In this document: one piece after another, positions 60,528-64,000 of the stretch
How positions within the stretch are numbered: position 1 is the stretch's first letter
Layout: each line of letters starts with the position of its first letter
Assembly: GCA_040285825.1 (NCBI GenBank)
Contig: JAUPSS010000003.1
Span: 248,001 to 312,000, forward strand
DNA length: 64,000 nt
DNA from: Eukaryota sp. TZLM1-RC
Taxonomy: Eukaryota > Protista > Metamonada: BaSk clade
Direction: 5' to 3'
Position numbers and translations under genes: made by a program
Notes under the pieces: model-generated
Seen by the model: the letters and a program-made list of their open reading frames with translations, nothing else
What the model was told of the DNA's origin: nothing
The model's database searches: none

Positions 60528-60660
60528 TCTTCCAAATACTGCAAAATCGTAATGAAGTAACTGTCCTATATGCCAATGTTGAGGAATTGTGTTTTTGGAA
60601 TGGGAAATTCCTGATTGGATAAGTTCCATTTTTTGAGTTCCTGTTCCAAATCTTTTTCAA
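60528..60660 (-). promoter_or_regulatory. Degenerate Fanzor family C right end abutting the EXS ATG
   Basis: ttcccattccaaaaacacaattcctcaacattgg..ggacagttacttcatt..cagtatttggaagaATG is colinear with 58272-58355; upstream KKIWNRN recalls the LWNRD motif. Confidence 0.7.
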
Positions 60661-61829
60661 CCACTTTGAGAGTTGGCAGTTGACAGCTTAATAATTGCTG
60701 AATTTCTCAAGTAAAAGACAAACAATTTCACCGGAAGTAGTTGTATAATAGTCGAATGCTATTATTTGATGTTAAATCCTCAGGTGAATTAATAGTTTGA
60801 CTTCCAAGCCAACATTAAACCAGCAACAAAATTGTTCTAAGAAATGAAATGCTGTTCAATATTGGTCACACTATTGTTTTAAATTTGAATCACTCTATTC
60901 AATAGAGTGTATTGTATATTGTATAGAGTCTATTGTCGTTGACATCATGTTATGAGGTATAGATTGAAGGCAAATGGGGGTTAAAATGTTATGAATTTAT
61001 TTTGGTCATTGGTTTAGAAGTTTGTGCCTATTAAATCAAACTCAAGTACAACTCTTAGTAGTAACCATCACAATACATTAATGCTTTGCAATGATACTTT
61101 AAAGCACACTACTCCCCATCAAATTTCTTCAGCATCCACATAAATGGTTTAAAGAGCTCTTTAGAAAATAGTGGTCGTTCCTTCAAGATCTATTTTCAAA
61201 TAATTTATTTTATAATTTATTTAATCTATTTTCAAATAATATCAAGTAGATTCTTAGTAGATTCTTAGTATTAAATGAGTTATTCGAATCATTTTGTCAA
61301 TATTGACAACCATTGTTTGAATGATTGTTTCAATTTTTGGTCAACAATAGGAGTTTTTAGTGATACATTCGAGTAATCTTCACCAAGGTTAGATCCAAAA
61401 GTGTTCAAGTATCAAGTTTGAAAAACTTATAAATACTCTAGTACACCAATAGAGCATCAAGAACATAAAATTGAAGTAATTCATGGTCTTTTAAAGACCA
61501 CCAAGTACTGACAATTTCCTTCAATAATTTCAATTTAAATGCTGGAGTATGTTTTTACTTACCCATTTTAGTTCAATCAATTTATATTTGGATTGGTTAT
61601 TGAGCATTATGCAACATCAGGTAAATTGATATCAGAACTGTCTTTTCTGGCAAATGTCTATCATGTTACTGTTATCCTGGGCTGGTTCTTTTTGAAACTC
61701 TTTTTGAAACTTTTTTTGAAATTGATTTGCTGTAATTGTATTCAGTATATCTTGACTTCTTACAGGTCAATAATTTATGTTACCTTAAGTCAAAATTTTC
61801 TTCGCCCAAACCTTCTACGATCGTCAAAA

Positions 61830-62700
61830 TAGCCTTAGCTAATGAAATGAACAAAGAAAAAACAAAGGGACATAAATTTCATTGGACATGAAAGTTTTCA
61901 TTAACAGAAGGAATAGGTTTCCCTTATTTAGCAATTTTGTATTATTTGATAAGCAAAAAGAGGATTGTTGACATCAGCATCAATTAAATGTTCAATTTGA
62001 AGAATTACATGGATCAATAGATATGGCATCTGAAATAGTGAAGCTTCCATTTGGAGCAGGAACAACCAAATCACCTCTTCTCAGACTCATAGAAGTTCTA
62101 AAGTAGCGCGTATTGTCAATGCTGAGGGTCCCCAAGAATTAATTTAGATAACAATAATTCTAAGAGGGAATCTACTCGATAAGATTGACATTAATTTGGT
62201 CCCTGACATTATTATGTACTTTACTAGTAAATGTAATAAAATGTTTAAAGTTTAGAAGATGAGTAAACAAAAGGGGTTTACCACATTTACATGTTTAATG
62301 ATTAGGCAAATTGTTTGCCCACAGCAAACAAAAAGAACGCTCGTTTAAGAGCCACTTATTGTTGTACAACAGAGGTTCATCAATAGAGAGAATTTGGGTA
62401 ATTTATGGAGCAACATTTTGAAGCTATTACGAATGACTTTTAAAGAAATTCTAAAGGGATTTTACCATGTCTTACTTCATAATCCAAGGTTTCGTACAAT
62501 TTAACCAGTTGATGATGCGACTTTTCCAAGCTTGTTGCTTCAAGTTTTTTACAACAGTATAGGAGAATTTTGTTGTGAAATAGCACTAAATGTTAATTCG
62601 ATGTTCTTATGTTTTTTTGGAAAAATTCCAGATATTTTTGATATTTTGTCAATGAAAGAAAATGGCGAGATCACAAAAACAATTTGTTATAAGTCAGTCT
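61830..62700 (-). mobile_element. Degenerate non-LTR family N3 copy
   Basis: Colinear with 56140-56830 (RRGDLVVPAPNG, MSIDPCN). Confidence 0.75.
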
Positions 62701-62756
62701 TTGAAAGCAGTTACTACGTAATTATTAAGTTGGAAAAGAAATTAAACCTATCCAAA

Positions 62757-63113
62757 ATGCTTGATCAGGCTCAGATAGATCTCAAGAACAGCATTGTAGA
62801 AGCACTTACCACCAATGGGACTCTTGAGCGACTGAAAGCCACAATCCGTGCAGATGTCTTCTCATCCATTCAGGAATACTCTCAATTAGAGCATCAGTCT
62901 CTTGATACACTAATAATCAATTCTCTTATTGCGGAGTATCTCTCCTTCAATAAGTACGATCGCTCTCTCTCTGTTTTTTCTCCTGAATCAGGTTTGAAGG
63001 AACCTCTCTCTCGATCAGCAATATCCACAGATCTTAAAGTACATGATGAGGATGACTCTCTCCAAGTTCCTCTGTTGTATTCTATATTGAATGTTTTGAG
63101 GACGAATGAGTAA
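62757..63113 (+). CDS. FOPNL/FOR20/CEP20-like LisH centriolar protein
   Basis: DLKNSIVEALTTNGTLERLKATIRADVF, LIINSLIAEYLSFNKY..SLSVF.PESG, PLLYSIL. Confidence 0.85.
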   Translation: MLDQAQIDLKNSIVEALTTNGTLERLKATIRADVFSSIQEYSQLEHQSLDTLIINSLIAEYLSFNKYDRSLSVFSPESGLKEPLSRSAISTDLKVHDEDDSLQVPLLYSILNVLRTNE

Positions 63114-63684
63114 CATTGCTTAATTGAATACTTAATGTTTTCTTAATGTTATAGTACTTTTGGGTTTGATTTCGCTTTTGTTTGCTGTGCCTTTGTCATT
63201 TCGTTTCTTGTAAATCATTTAGTGTCATTCTTATTGGTTATTTTTATCATTTCTGTCGTTATTAAAGCAATAATACAATATGGATACATTCAAAAATTCT
63301 ACATCACAGGATATAGTTCAGCAAAATAGAGGAATTTTTTCCTTCGTTCTTGTCTATATCCTTATTTGGATGTTAATCTACCTAAAATTAAGTCCAAACT
63401 CTGTGTTTCGTATTTTGTTTTAATGGACATGATTCAATTCTAAATAATTGTGTTAACCACTTACTTCCTTTTTAGAGCATTGTGATGTCTACTTTTTTTG
63501 ACCAAATCACACAAATCATTGTGTAAATATTCTCTTGGTTGTGACTGAGTTGACTTAGACGGTGACCTAAAAGTGTTGCAAGCTCAGTATTTTACGTTGA
63601 CTGTTAAAAGGAAAAATAGATATTTTGTTATTAATAGAACCTGCGCTTTATTTGATTAAAATTTAACACTTTACAAAATGAACA

Positions 63685-63900
63685 CATGGGACGAAATTCA
63701 TTGAACCAAAATTCCCTCTAGGATATTGCGATCTTCTTGCTTTCAAGCTATTGGTTCTCTGAATTGATAAAAAGCAATGGGTTCTATTGATGATAGCAAA
63801 ATGAATAAGACAACGTGATAATAATTTAAAAATAATTCTTCAAATAAAATGAAGCAAAGTGTTGAAGGTTTCAAAAACCATGTTAGATTTTCCCCACTAG
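63685..63900 (-). mobile_element. Old degenerate N1 3' end
   Basis: tcattgaaccaaaattccctcta... colinear with 23727-23870. Confidence 0.6.
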
Positions 63901-64000
63901 ATTAGCCAAACTTTCAGATGGTTCGTTGAAGAATCCCTCTATCTAGAATAGGGTTGAGGAAATTTGTTTCATTGTTGAAGACAGTATCTTTCACAATGGA

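Noticed and set aside
1-64000. Bacterial IS200/IS605 TnpB, CRISPR arrays, or contamination
   Set aside because: Context is eukaryotic (introns, ciliary genes), there are no repeat-spacer arrays, and the nucleases are long Fanzor-type proteins.
1-64000. Stop-codon reassignment explaining in-frame stops
   Set aside because: Host genes are long open frames ending in TAA, TAG or TGA; internal stops are confined to decayed elements and one pseudogene.

Overview
AT-rich, gene-dense, intron-poor eukaryotic DNA, probably from a flagellated protist (ciliary/centriolar genes, tiny 31-34 nt GT-AG introns, standard code); the organism cannot be named from sequence alone. About 15 host genes are present: LRR-PP2C, MAP70-like, SKA3-like, MYCBPAP-like, NELF-B-like, nucleotide-sugar transporter, KATNIP-like, INTS2-like, SPATA20-like, Pecanex-like, EXS, FOPNL-like and unknowns. 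They are separated by decayed mobile elements: at least five Fanzor (eukaryotic TnpB-like RuvC) lineages, three families of RLE-type non-LTR retrotransposons, one Ty3/Gypsy element and a MULE remnant. The main observation is that every recognisable Fanzor 3' end (the presumed omegaRNA end) lies in sense orientation just upstream of a host start codon. For two families, homology between copies runs right up to the ATG. In the best-preserved copy the ATG itself closes a terminal hairpin. Ten of ~15 genes carry such a Fanzor-derived leader, which suggests start-codon/TSS-targeted Fanzor elements whose guides are host gene starts and whose ends have become host 5' leaders. All protein family calls are from remembered motifs, not database searches.
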